Numbered from the stretch's first letter, positions 23,218 through 39,467 are shown. The stretch is 64,000 bases of DNA from Basidiobolus meristosporus CBS 931.73 (GCA_002104905.1 MCFE01000442.1:1-64000); one strand, 5' to 3'. The notes: generated by a model not told the origin, from the letters alone. Numbers and translations are program-made.

Positions 23218-23456
23218 GCTCCTACTACATTTTTCAAAATAATCAAGGATGTATATAATTAGGTGTAAATCCAACTCTTCATGCTAGGACTAAATACATA
23301 ATGATTAGACATCATTTCATACAGGACGCTAAATAGATTAACTTAGTTCACTGTCTTTCAGATGAAATGATTGCAGATATGTTCACCAAACCATTAGCTA
23401 GAGGCAAACTTGAATATATTAGATCACAGTTGGGCCTAGCTAATACAAATATTTAG
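23218..23456 (+). pseudogene. Ty1/copia RNase H C-terminal relic
   Basis: NQGCI*LGVNPTLHARTKYIMIRHHFIQDAK*INLVHCLSDEMIADMFTKPLARGKLEYIRSQLGL; matches the copia DNQ..HARTKHIDIRYHF..ADxFTKPL pattern; in-frame stops at 23256 and 23334. Confidence 0.85.
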
Positions 23457-23532
23457 CTGTATTTACAAAATTTACATCAGAAGGTACCACCAGAATAGCA
23501 CTTCAATTCCAGCAAGATTTCATACAAGTTAC

Positions 23533-23864
23533 TGTTGTAAAAATTCGGAATTCCACCTAAATATTCACCTAACTTAGTCACTTAGATCATTGCCTTCAAA
23601 TCCTAGAGAATACTGACCAAATTCCTTGTTGGGATTTACTTAGAATATTTACCCAGAACATGAAGGTTTGATAAGTTGTCCAAACAGCCCCAAACTTTGC
23701 ACACATGTTCTTGGGACCTTCCTTAACCTATTCTACGTGTTTGTTATGCCAAGACCATGTAAAAGTATAAATACTACTTTTACAATCAATAAATCATTAA
23801 GTGAAAACCACATAATCTACTTGTCCTCCCAGTCACTTCCAATATCTCCAAGACTCTTGCAACA
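23533..23864 (+). mobile_element. Solo LTR, 332 bp, TSD GTTAC
   Basis: TGTTGTAA...TTGCAACA termini; GTTAC at 23528-23532 and 23865-23869; about 26 differences from the 22257 copy by manual alignment. Confidence 0.9.
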
Positions 23865-23869
23865 GTTAC

Positions 23870-24060
23870 AAGATTGAGATCTTTCACAGTGATATAGTAG
23901 CTTTGCAAAGTTAGTGGTCTGTTGCCTTTGTAGAGATCTTAAGAGTTAAAAGTGGTATTCTCCAAATGGTGTTGGTCTTTATCTCTAAATGTAGTGCCCA
24001 ACTTCAAGTAAATAGCAACTCCTAAGTATTTAGAAGTATTTTGGATATCCATGGGAAATT
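23870..24060 (-). mobile_element. Possible non-LTR retrotransposon RT relic
   Basis: Minus strand reads NTSKYLGVAIYLKL; KYLGV resembles the end of LINE RT domains, but only this one motif supports the call. Confidence 0.2.
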
Positions 24061-25248
24061 TGCTGTATAATGAGGTAAGTGAGGCTCAAAAGTGATCCAT
24101 AATATTAGAGCAAGTTGAGTAGAGATATTGTATTTATTCCTTGTGAAAAACAGATAATAGTTATGTATTTGAAAAAACCCAAAGCCCAACAAGGATGCAT
24201 GCTAAGTATGATATCACGTCTAAAATTCAGAATATTGGGTGAGAGTTCCACCAGAATTGATATTTAAGTATATATCTAGCACGCCGTACCTCACAAATCT
24301 TATTACAAGAAGCCCGTCCGCACTCAAGGATTAAATATTTATTCACACCACAACGTTGAGGAAGGACTAATGCAAATATTTGATTGTGAATCAACCACAT
24401 TTCCTACTACAATATAGCATGGTACACTGACCACCAAGCCAGTAATTTATGTGCTCATATGTCTTTGTATGAAAACGAGTGATTAGTATGGCCTTGGAAG
24501 TGATTTGACGCGCATTTCTACAATTGCTACAAGATCTTTGAAATAATATTGGTATTGACCATGCGCGAAATCTTGGAATCACTAGGAACACTACACATTG
24601 TTTGTAACATTACATACCTATTCAGTGTTTGTAGATATCCGAAGTGCTGGCCCATAAAGCAGCAATTTGACGTGAATTGAAATGGCCTCGTAGAATCGAC
24701 GTTTAAAAGGATATGTGCAACGTCTAGAGGCAACACAATCCCAAAACACATTGATTAAATATGAACAAATAATAGTTATACAACAGCTCAAGGCAGATAA
24801 ACACTTGCTTCCTGTATAATATTCCCACCAGCAATGACACCAACTGAATAAATAACCCGATGTTGCAGATTAATAACTACACCTTGTTGAAACACGTGTT
24901 TTATTTAACTGATTTGACTGTTCAAGAATATTCACTAATCGGTTGGAAATTTCCCGATCCTGGAACCATCGTCTTTTAGTCTAGATTGCATAATTTCGTC
25001 GTATCATCATTCTGATTCCTTGGTTTGACTCCTTTATCATCTAAAATCCCATCGAACTGTGTCACATCCTTGTCATTCACGTAACATTTCCCTCTTCCAG
25101 CCTGGTTTCAAGTTCTTCATTTCCAAGAACATTGAACATCAAAGTGTATTCTTGCATTTAGATATCGGCTGACTCTTTCAGCTGCTGCATTTTTTCGCAC
25201 TAGTCCCCTATTCTCCTACATATCCCTTTTGTGAATATCATCGAGCAC

Positions 25249-28113
<2,865 letters not shown>

Positions 28114-28559
28114 AGCACATTATTTACCCACTGCACACATTTACCCCCCCCCCGCACTCGCCTCCGTCATCAGCATGCTTGGTCTAATGGGGACTTCTCG
28201 ATTTTTGAAACGGCTTCTTTATTGATTTTATCTTTTGAATCACCGCGCCTCCCACAGCCTCTGGGACAAGCGACGATGTCTGTGTACATTCAATAAACTA
28301 TAATGAAAAGTCCGCCTCATTCTGCACGGTCTAGTCTATCAGCATCAAAGGCCCACCTCATTTACACGGTCTAACCCATCAGCTTTATATCCATCAAGTT
28401 AAAGGTAAAGGGTGGTGAAGATTATACACAAAAGGGACTATGGTCAGGTGCGGGTGCTCTGTAAGGTGGCCATTAGTGTGACGCTTGGGGACATGAGTGA
28501 TAAAAATATTCGTAATATGTATATATATATATTGATCTATCATTGAATGGAATTTCATA

Positions 28560-30179
28560 TTAATCACAGCAGGCCCGACACGTAAAGACGTCCATGACAG
28601 TCGACCAAAAGTCTTTTCTCGGCTCAACATTTGGGGGGTTGTGAGGCGGTGGAATATTTGGTGTTTCGTGCTGTCGTGGTGGAGTTTGGATATTTGCGCT
28701 GGTATTGTGAGAGTATCCTCGAGGCGTGCGCGATTCCTTTGTCTAACAAGATTAATTAATGGTGTGTCAAGCATTACGTGAACGCTCAAAGTGTACATAC
28801 CAAGCCGTGGTCTTGTGATACCCAGTCATACATCCCATCATTACGCTGCCCCATTTTCTCCAAAACCTGTTCGAATAGACCCCGGAGGCGTTTGTAGTCG
28901 GGTTTATCCTCGAAGCCAAGGGTACGAACATAGTTCATATACTGTGCAAACTCCTCTGCATTAAATGAAATGATTTGAGTTGAACGTCATCGGAAACCCA
29001 CCGACCCAACCGGTTCAATACCTGGAAACCCGCCACATAGTTCTTTTATGGATGTTGTTTGCTTTTTCTCACCAATCTTCGAGTATTTCTGCTTGGCGTT
29101 GGCGGCCTTCAATCCTTGCCACGGAAGTGACCCACGAAGGAAGTACATGAACACGTGTCCAAGCGATTCAAGATCATCTCTTCGAGATTGCTCTAAGATG
29201 CAACGTTAATGACGGGTTTCGAAATGTCCGGGAAATAGCGCGTCACTTACCTCTGCCGAGATGTGTATTGATACTCATATAGCGAGCGGTTCCGGTGAGG
29301 CTTTTCCGCTCTCTGAATGGGATGTGCTGTTTGGTTTTGGGGTTGATGTAGTACTTTGCCATTCCAAAGTCAACCATGTAAACCGATGTTTCATGGGAGG
29401 AGTTGGGGCGGCCGAGTAAAAAATTATCTGGTTTGATGTCTCGATAAATAAGCCCATGTTCGTGGACAGACTGAATACGCAAAATCTAAGGTTTCACAGG
29501 AGTTAATCCAGGAGAAACATGGTGATACCATGGCGTTGCTTCCGTACCATCTGAATAGCCAACATAGCCACTGTCTTGACGCTGAATTTACGATGGGATT
29601 TTTCAAACACATCCTCCAGGCTGGGCCCCAGTATGTCAATCACTAGCACATTGTAGGCGCCCTCTTGGCCAAAGTAGTAGGCAGAAGGTATGCATGCTTG
29701 ATGGAGGTAAACTAGTTTAATCTGGAGCACCGTGAGCAATAAACAACCAATTGACTTACAAACACCACTGAGTATTTTGTAAACTTTATATTCATCCCGG
29801 AGTTGAGGGACTGAAGCTTTTCGATTTTCCTAAGGCTGTGATCAAGGGTAATAACCATCCAGGGGGATGCGGGAAGGAGGCAAGAAAAGTGAGGCATGTT
29901 AAGGATACGAATTTGAGTGCGACGGCCTTTTTTCGGTTGAGATCGGTGCCTGATGTTCAACGTCAAGGGTTGTGAGACGATGAGTATGGGGTTCAGTACA
30001 ACCTCAGTCACCTACTGGAGGTATACGTCAAGTGTGGCTATAGGAAGAGAAGTACCTTCAAAAATAACACCAAAACTTCCTTCACCAATTCTACGACCGA
30101 CACGATATTGATTCCCTACCACACCGGGGATCTCTCTGTCATTGGAGGAATCGGGGATGCGCGGGTTTCTAGGAGACAT
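28560..30179 (-). CDS. Casein kinase I, Yck1/Yck2/Cki (gamma-like) type with C-terminal Cys motif
   Basis: [74 protein letters not shown]; ends [16 protein letters not shown]. Confidence 0.93.
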
Positions 30180-30785
30180 CTACCAACAGAAGTGAACTAA
30201 GACGAGGGGAAAAGAAAGAGGACCGAACACACCCAGGCGTCTAATAGTGTATTCAATTTAACCAAGATAAAAAGCTACGAAAGTACCGCGGAATTGGCAA
30301 TGTATAGGACTATTAAATAATCAGCACTGAATCAAAATCAGCAAAGATAAGGGAACTGCACAAACTGATCTAGAAATTGCATTGAAAATAAGTTGCTCTC
30401 AGAAGCAACCTAAAAAGGGGATTGCTTCTCTTTGTTCCTTTTTTGAGGGAGTCGTGCTCCTTGACCTGTCCCCTTTATGTATCCATATGTTAGGTGTACA
30501 AAACAGAATTGCTTCCTAGATACAACCCAATCAAGTGCGTATTGCTTTTTTGGGATTCTCAATATGGTGCGCGAGTCGATGTCGCGTAGTAAGGACAGTT
30601 GGAGGTAAACAACCTGGCGTGGATGTGGTGTGGATGGGCTGTGAGTATTGGGGGTAAACCAAGTGTGCCAAGTTCCTCTGCACACACATGCAGTCGCTTT
30701 ATTCCAAGGATCAGTGTTGCATATTATATTATATAGATTAGGCGTTTGTTAAGGCGGTGAGCTAGACTACTGAGATTGGTTTCGG

Positions 30786-32586
30786 CTAATCCACAAGATC
30801 AGCGTCTTCGATTTCCTTCCTATTCAGATTCCCATCAACACACCACGCCAGCACGACTCCCGCCACAGTGAACCCAATTAGAATCCAGTTGGCTGCCTTC
30901 ATCGGATAGCTTTGCTTCTCGTTCTGGAGGAAATCCATGCCCACGATAAACAGGATCCCAAATATCTGCGCCGCCGAATTTAGCAGCCCGGCCGAGGTGG
31001 TCTCGCTGAGCGGATAGTAGAGCTCTCCTGCGTATTGAAAAAACCCAGATATGATGGCTGTGGTTGAAGGATGTGAGTTGCTATCGGTCAGAACCATTGC
31101 TCAATAACCAGGTACCTGATGAGAAGAAGCCATACGCCAAGCTGCGGTCGAAAGGGGTGGTTAGCAATCGGCCAGTCAAGAGAATAGAACTCGTCCGGCA
31201 CTCCACCTGGAACCGAACACAAGCGCGAAGCTGCCCAACTCCACGATCAGATGGAAGCCAAGTAAGGACAGTAGTGTCCCGACAAACAAAAACCTACACA
31301 TCTCCCTGTATCTGTAGGTTTGATCCAGATACAGTCCACACAGAATACTACTGACGACTCCAGCAATGATGAACCAAAACCCTATCTGTCCTATCGCTGA
31401 CTTGAAGTGGGCTTATATTAGCTGCAGGCCTTAGACGTGAGTGTGTGCGTGAGTGGGTGTTCTACTACCTCTGTGTACGTAGGATGCATAGGCAGAATAA
31501 TCTGAGCCAGCAATGTACTGACGGCATACTGTCCACCTACAACAATGCCATATGCCATAAATAACAGAATAAAGCTCCATTGACCCAGAAGGATCTTTAT
31601 CGACTGGATTACTGCATGTGGATTCTCAAGAACAACGGAACAGCTACCTCTGCATTAGATTTCCCGGTTTTCGCGAGCCTGCAATCGAGACATACCTTGG
31701 TGGAACCTTCGGCCTGGAATCGAACGTGAGGACAACGAATATCAAGATCAGCCCACAGAATAGGAACTGCCGTGAAAACATCATTAGCAAGATCAGTGCT
31801 ACGACCATAGACCGTGGATACCGATTACTTGATACAACAGGTATTTTGGGATATCATCGAATGCCGTTCCATCGCGAATAAATACCGGTGAAAGCAGAAA
31901 ACTGGAATGATCAGGTCGAATTACTAAACGCTGCTACATGCAAAAATGGTGAGATATAAACCCTAGAGCAACACCAAGATTGTTTGCGGTGACCCCTATA
32001 GCGCTAGCTGTGTTCCGTTCATGAGAGCCGAACCATACACTTGCAAGTCTTGGTGGGATACCTAAAGGGGAGAGAGGTTATGGTTTGTGCAGAGCGTATG
32101 CGGCTTGTCAGTTTTACCTAGTATAAATACTTGGCCCGCGGCCGCTAAAAACTGTCCAAAAAACAGAACCCAGAAATTGACAGCCCAACCTCCGAAGAAG
32201 CGAAACAAAGCACCTAGACAGTTGAGGAATGCGCCCACCAAAATCACTTGCCTAAGACCACCACCGTGGCTAACATCAGCAGATTTCCCTAATTCAAACA
32301 CCCATAAGGAGGGTAAAAAAAGAATCGGGTACACCACCAAGTAAATGGTGGACAACGAGTTGATGTAGAACGTGGACGACTGGCCAAAATACTCCATGAA
32401 TACGCCTTGACAGGGAGCGAACGTTATCCACATGGCCGCCGACGAAAAGGACAGGATAGAAAAACCGAATAAAATTATCCAGCGTTTAGGCTCTAGGGCA
32501 TATTGAGGCCTCTGCCCTTTTAAGAGTGGCTGTTGTTGGGCATTTTGTACTTGCGATGTTGACTCTACAGCAGCTTCGATCATCAA
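30786..32586 (-). CDS. MFS transporter, SLC49/FLVCR-like, multi-exon
   Basis: KRWIILFGFSILSFSSAAMWITFAP, GQFLAAAGQVFILGIPPRLASVWFGSHERNTASAIGV, ELYYPLSETTSAGLLNSAAQIFG. Confidence 0.82.
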
Positions 32587-32812
32587 GTTCTTGGCTTGAG
32601 AAATTACAAGGACAAAGAGCCTTGTGAGACTTTTACCCCATATATCATCTAAATGTGAACACTCTGCATTTAGACTGCTATTAAGCGTGAATTAAGCAGT
32701 AACCACTCAGTATTGAAACTATAGAAGATTTATTTGGATAAAGAATTACTACTACATTGAATTTTGAAATAGATGATTGTAAAGGTAATCCAGTCTATTT
32801 GATTCACTGATC

Positions 32813-33606
32813 CTAATTTGCTTTCTTCGATGGGGCATCAGTAACAGCAGCTGTTTGATTATCAGCGGCAGCGGGTGCGGCCTCATTGGTGGGTGCTGCT
32901 AAATTGCTGTTTTGATTCAAATATTAAGATAAATCCTTCGGATATGATGGCATCATAGCACTTACCCGAATGGGGATTCGACCTTCCAAGGGCGCTGCAA
33001 ATCGCCCTCAGCGGGCTTGTTGAGAATGTGAACCTTGAACAACTTGGTCTCACAAGCGCTCTTAAGGGGCAAGATGGATTGAAGGAACAAAGGTTGGATA
33101 TAGCCCCACTTGTAGTGAATGAAGCCCAGGATGGCAACAGAGATGAGGGTTTGTTTGACTTGCTTTTGGAGCTCGCCAAGATCGTAGTCACGAACAGTGG
33201 TGGTAATCTCGGTTTGTCTAGAAATCGACGTTAGTATTGCCACATTGATGAAATTGCAGCTGTATACATACTCTTGAGCCATAGGTTTAGGTTCGGTGTA
33301 TGTTAATGGAGTGGTATCTATCGTTCAAACACATTAGGGAATTGTCAAAGCAAAAGTGGCTAGATGATCTTACCATTCTTGGCCTTGATGCGAGTCATAA
33401 TAAAGAAGCTCAGTGCAAGAATGAGGGCGTTCGAGGTGACATAAGCCATTTGAACATATTGCTTATTGCCTTCATCCTCCAGGTTGAGCTTTCTGGACAC
33501 TTGTACAAGTACAAGCACCAAACCCATGTTCAGTAACTAAAAGAAGAATCCATAAGTATCACGCTAGCGGAATTTCAAGGCATCACAAGCATACTTGAGA
33601 GTTCAT
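32813..33606 (-). CDS. PHO88: Pho88/Snd3 ER membrane protein, 4 exons
   Basis: MNSQLLNMGLVLVLVQVSRKL...TTVRDYDLGELQKQ...YIQPLFLQSILPLK...LFKVHILNKPAEGDLQRPWK. Confidence 0.85.
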
Positions 33607-34172
33607 ATTGGGCAACACGATAGAATGAACGTTAAGAAAGAAACGACTCAAAGATACAGGTAATCATCCACTTCAATTTAAAGCAACATCAAATCCTTCT
33701 ACCATGGAAAAAACCATGGAATCCCTATCGTGTGGTAAGTTGATTGGAGCTAACCAAAGAATTGTGTAAATGATGCAAATTGTCCCACTAGAATCCAAGA
33801 TGCTCTCATACAATAAGCATGCTAACGTATCATCAATTATTGGACAGAAATATGGCAATTACGCGACACTGTGAAGAGTGGTTGGATGGTCTCCATAGTA
33901 TCGGCACACAGTGCAATGGAGACTGATATCATTACCCATCAGCATTGGAGCATCCAATCATTGTGAGCCTGAAAAAAAAACCCTTTTTTTTCATATTGGG
34001 ATTCGAAGGAATTGAATAAATTCCCGGAAGATGGAATCGATGTCCTTACTACACTCTCCCACCTACTGTGTACGTATTTACTTGCCTGTATGACTTTCGT
34101 TGACCAAGTGCTAATCGACTGAACTTCATTTTAATGAATTAAATGTAGTGAGGACGTCTGTTGGCAATTACC

Positions 34173-34604
34173 ATGTCCGCCGAAAACCAAGAAATCCCCC
34201 AAGAAGTCGAAGTCGCCCCTGAGGCCGCTCCTCGCGGACAAATGTCTGTTGAAGAGGCTCTCCAAGAAGTCCTCAAGAAGGCTTTGGTCCATGATGGCCT
34301 TGCCCGCGGTTTGAGAGAGTGTGCCAAGGCCCTCGACAAGCGTCAAGCCCACTTGTGCGTCCTTGTCGAAACCTGTACCGAGAAGGAGTACATCAGACTC
34401 GTTGAGGCTCTCTGCGCTGAGCACAACATCAACCTCATCAAGGTTTCTGATGCCAAGAAGCTTGGTGAATGGGCCGGTCTTTGCAAGATCGATCGTGAAG
34501 GTAGCGCTCGCAAGGTCGTTGGCTGCTCTTGCGTTGTCGTCAAGGACTACGGAGAGGAATCCGAGGCCTTGAACGTCCTTCTCGAATACTTCAAGTCTCA
34601 TTAA
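34173..34604 (+). CDS. RPS12: 40S ribosomal protein eS12, no coding introns
   Basis: [32 protein letters not shown]...[36 protein letters not shown]; ATG at 34173. Confidence 0.97.
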   Translation: MSAENQEIPQEVEVAPEAAPRGQMSVEEALQEVLKKALVHDGLARGLRECAKALDKRQAHLCVLVETCTEKEYIRLVEALCAEHNINLIKVSDAKKLGEWAGLCKIDREGSARKVVGCSCVVVKDYGEESEALNVLLEYFKSH

Positions 34605-35575
34605 ATACTATGGTAAGTAGCTTTGAAATATTGAAATCATATTCGGCGATGATGATTTTGGTCTCCCTCTTCTGAATCTTGTTGAGGAAAATTTACCAAT
34701 CCGGAATCATATTATACGTCTGAGCCTACACATGAATATGAAAATTACTTCTCTTGATAAGTCAGAATCTAACCAACTTTCACAGGACTTGTCCGTCGTA
34801 TTTTATGTACATTAATAAATTCTTTTGAAATCAATTCCTCGTCTACTTTGTTGCTCTCCACAGGATCTACCTACAGAGTACAGTAACCGACTGTATCATT
34901 GCATATCTATATTTAGCACGTCGAACAACGACTAATGCTTGAACCGTTAATGCATGGACATTCATTAATTTGCATAACACACATCTCTATGAATGCGAGA
35001 TCGCTCTGATCTTCAAGCTCGTTCATGTGGCAGTCGAGTGATTTTATTTCACTTGTCACATGCACAAGTCAGCCATGTATATAGTTGATCAGATTGAATA
35101 TCTCAGAATATGTACTGTTTCCCTGCATTTATTAGCTGCAAGAGCCACAGAGCAAACCCAGAGTACAACTCCTAGCTTTGGTCCCCTTGCTTGGTGATTG
35201 GTGCCTCATCGGTCACTCGGATCGTCTATGAAATTCGTGCTAGGAGTATGCCTTTTGATTATATATTGGCGTGACTATTCTGAATATAGTATGTAAACGC
35301 ATAGTCGTCTAGCAGATATTGTGCATGCTCATGGGCACTTAGTGTACTCTTATAAAGCGCTCAATGTCGGTTGAATTATTTGTCAAGATATCTTCAACGA
35401 GCTTCAGTACGTTAAACCTCTTCCAGGCCCTTGTATCAATCCCATTGTGCTGCCATAGACCGTTTACAACCCAGATATTGAAGAGCCTATTTCCGGCCGA
35501 AGAATCATTGCATTTGTAGATTAATTTCTCGCTTCAGAACTCATTCCTCCAACTCAAAAGCATCAATTGCCAGCC

Positions 35576-37235
35576 ATGCTCGTCAAGTCATTCATAAAAT
35601 TGTTTTCTATTCTTCAGTTTTGCGGTTTGTTGTTCCTGGTCAACGGTCAGGCATGCACAAATCCTAGGGTTCGCAAAGAGATCCGGGAGTTGACTGCCGA
35701 AGAATGGAACACCTACATCGACGCCGTCAACAAATTGCACTCAGGTCCTCCGCCCACCATTTACGATAGAATTGTAGCTGTTCACCTGAAGTACGTTGTG
35801 GAAGCGCATAATGTCCCATGCTTCTTCCCATGGCACAGAAAATACATCCGAGAATTCGAGTTGGCTCTGCAAAGCATCAACAACACCATCACTTTGCCCT
35901 ACTGGGATTGGAGCATCGATTCCCAGGCTCCTGAGACTAGTGCGATCTTCAAGCCTGAATACTTTGGCGCCAGCGGAGAGTCGGAATGCATTACTGAGGG
36001 GCCTTTCAAGGATTGGAAAATGTATGTCCCTACCCCCCATTGTTTGAAGCGACAGTGGAGCAAAGGTGATAAGATCAGCGCATTATATCCCCCCGAGTTG
36101 CTAGCAAAAATCGTCACTGGCGCCAAGTCCTACAACGAATTTCGCACGGCGATTGAAGCAGCCCCTCACGCACTTGTTCATGTCAACATTGGTGGTAAGA
36201 CGGGGGATGTGGGAACCATGTGGAGCCCGAATGAGTAAGTTGTCTTAAATGTACGTATCGGTGGTTTTGCATACTAATTTATTTCTTGATAGCCCACTCT
36301 TCTGGTCTCATCACGCATTTGTTGATAAAATTTGGGCCGATTTCCAGCTTCTAAACCCGCATTTGGCAACCGATTACCAAGGGTTGGATTCCAACAATGC
36401 CACTGTTTCCGCAGAAGACGAGATCCCTCCATTCAGTGCCACTGTAGCCAGCACCTTTAACATCGCCGATCCGTCCCTTTGCTATGCCTATTCCAATGCC
36501 GGATTTTTGGCGAAAAAACCGCTAGCTCATCCCGCCAAACCCGCCGCAGCGAATAATCACCCTCCGGTCCCTCGAGCTGTTCGTCGTAGCAATGTACGCC
36601 GCGGCAACAGCTTCTATTCCGTCAAGCCCCACCCCCTGCCGGCTCCAATGAATCATACCAAGGCAATCAGGAAGGATTGCTATTTGGACGCCGATGATCG
36701 CGAGAATATGAAGGAGCTACGTATCCCACCCCCGATTCCTGAGGCTTGGGCGAAAATGAACGGATATAGCGTCAACCAGATCCGCTCCTACGAGCATGAG
36801 TACTCCAACTTCATCGCCGACATCAACAAGGACCCCAACTATGTCTCCCCGGCATCCTTGGAGCGACACGGAGACATCGTTCGAAACTTGGTCGAAGGGA
36901 CTTTGGATTCCCTGGGGCTGTTCGATGGACTAGATCAAGTGCCGTTGTTGAATTTAGAAGCGCCGCTGAAAGTTGTCGATAATCTGGTCAACACCGTTGC
37001 TGATGTCATCGACGATGCGCTGTCACCCATCCTCGGAAAGAACAATAATCTTATCCACAATACTGTAGATGGGTTATTGGAACCCATAGTGGGGCCGAAT
37101 AAAGACGGAAAAGGAGGGCTATTGGGTGGTGTGGCCAAAACGGTCGGCGGGATACTGAGCCCTTTGACTGGAAAAAAGATCACCAACAATGAACCGAAAC
37201 AACGAGTAAGAATAGGTGGTGTTGGATTACTTTAG
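35576..37235 (+). CDS. Secreted tyrosinase (type-3 di-copper protein), 2 exons
   Basis: Signal peptide, VRKEIREL, CuA region VHL..VVEAHNVPCFFPWHR, LPYWDWS, CuB region PHALVHVNIGG...SPNDPLFWSHHAFVDKIW. Confidence 0.9.
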
Positions 37236-37728
37236 TATACCTCGGGAAAATCAGTGCAGAGCAGATCCGCTGCTACTCTCCATTAGCATTGTCCATTCAT
37301 TCATTGATTCTATTATTGGGAAATAAATAATACATTTACAAGCGAGACATCCACACTACACGGCTTATGACTAATAGAAGATCGATCTAGAGTGGTTACC
37401 AGGTTTGGATAAATTCCGTCAAAATCCAAATGCCGGATCCAGTGACCGCACTTTGATCCAGATGCCATCTATTTTTGCCACTCTCGACCCATTATTAATC
37501 GGCCACGATAGCAGTCAGCGATAAGCGCCATTATTTTAGGAAAATGAGGTTTATTATGGTTGCCGGGATGGCCAAGGTTCCGTATTATGATTGATATATG
37601 TACACGTTGCAAACTTTTCAGGGAGAATGCCTGGTATTAAGGAATGCTGACTACGCAGATGTTAAATTAGTGGATGTGGCGGAGTTTCTTGACACTGCCA
37701 ATGTATGCTTCTAATGATAATGCTGCAC

Positions 37729-38292
37729 CTAAAGGCGACGATATCTACCGATAGGATATTGACAGTTCGGACACACGTGGACAACATCTATTTTTTTTGT
37801 GAGCAACTTGCCCAGAAACATCGAAACCTTTCTTTTGGAGCTTACCTTTGCACATGTGGGTGATGAACGGGACCCAAAAGAAAATACCAGTGAGCATGAA
37901 TCTAATCAAAGTTGGTAAGCCATTGTACCGATCGTACGAATCTCTGGAGGTATCACTTACAGTCCTAGCGAACTCAACCACACAGCTGAGCCATTCTTGA
38001 ATTTCAGATTGGTGGTGCAATAGTTGTGGCAACCGGGGCATTGAATCCGTAAGGGTGAGTCGCGAAGCCGAGTCTTACACAGACTGTGAAAACGACGCAG
38101 GCTTGGCGGGAGATCAGTTTCCAGAGAAGGGCGTGGTGGGGAGATAGTCTCGTAGTGATGTTTGAAGCTGGACAATCTTGAGTCAGATATTCCTTGTTCG
38201 TAGAACATTGATTGGGGAGGGATTGGTTGTGCTGGAAGGCTAGCGGAGGATACTGATCTCATGAGTGGATCCTTGTAGTAGGTGCTAGGCAT
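37729..38292 (-). CDS. LITAF zinc-ribbon membrane-associated protein, 3 exons
   Basis: IQCPGC..CTT....NGSAVWL...LFMLTGIFFWVPFITHMCKDVVHVCPNCQYPIGRY; two CxxC knuckles around a hydrophobic segment. Confidence 0.85.
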
Positions 38293-39467
38293 TATTCAAT
38301 GGAGGTAAGTGCGAAATCGCTAGCTTGGAGTTGGAGCAATATTGGGTTGGTGGTGTTGAGCTACTAGATGATGGTCAGGAGAGTGAAGGAACTGGGAGGT
38401 TATTTATATGGAACCGACGACTTCAACAGGTACGTAATGTTTCAAATTGAGCTTATTCCTAATTAATATTGATCTCTGCTTCCATTAAAAATCCAATGAT
38501 GCCGGTAATACATTTTTCGCATTGTGAACTGAAAATCTCCGATATGTGTTTCTGCGAAACACTGATCTGACTTCACCCAAATAGGCACGCCCTACGTATA
38601 AATAGAATAGCAGGGGGAAAACGATAATTTCATCTGTTGAAAATAGAAGAAATCTTCTGATCGATACGAAAAAATCCCCATTCCCAGTCCCACTCCCCAA
38701 GTCTTGTACAATTCAGCATGTTCTAATATTGTACTACATATATTTGATGGTGTTCCAGCGACCTAATCCTGGAAATGAATCATTAGGATGGGGAAAATAC
38801 CTTGGTGTGCAACGAAAAACTTTTTTCCTTTTTTGCTGGAAGAACATGATCGCGCTAAACCTTATAGTTGGAAGCCTAGAGGGATTGCTCATCAATTCCA
38901 GTAATGGCCAGTTTTTTTCCAATCACGAACGCTTGTCCAATAGATGGATGCTAGAGCCTTCTCGACAGCAATTCCATTCCTATAATGAGGAGGAGTGCCG
39001 GAGACTTGTCATGAGACTTATGCAAACGCAACCATTGCGAAGTCAATTTTAACATTGAAAATAATGGATCCCATCAGAAATATTTGGAAGAATATTCTTT
39101 CTAAATTGGTTTTGGGATGGATTCATTATCTAAAGATCCAATCACATCGAATGCTTGGCCAACCTGAGCCAATAGTAAGGCTCATTCCAACATTATACTG
39201 GAGAGGTGGCTTTAAGGTGAAGCGCGATCCTTCATTTATCCATCTATGGTATTGGCACTTACGCAGCCTAAAGGTAGCTCGATGCTTGCCTACTCGGCCA
39301 CTCGGGATGGAGTGTTGATCGGATTTTCATCCAACAATCCTAACCGGATGTATACAAGCTCGCAGGATCAGTTTTATAGGACAGTGTTGAGTAAAATGTA
39401 CACGGAATAGAACATGAAAAGTGAGGAAAATGCATACAGAAAAACGAAGTATGCCCACAGTATCTAT

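Noticed and set aside
22257-23864. Reading the two youngest LTRs as the ends of one full retrotransposon around the copia RNase H relic
   Set aside because: Each has its own different 5-bp TSD, and there is no PBS or polypurine tract; they are independent solo LTRs. A family link to the copia relic is unproven.
28560-28620. C-terminal CRACCD motif of casein kinase I
   Set aside because: Expected lipidation signal of Yck/Cki-type kinases; not novel.
31902-31961. Apparent frameshift in the MFS gene
   Set aside because: Resolved by a 60-nt intron with a weak GTTTAT donor, giving LGVALG-FLLSPVF in frame.
38400-39450. Short ORFs between LITAF and the 7TM-RGS gene
   Set aside because: Non-ATG starts or no recognisable features.
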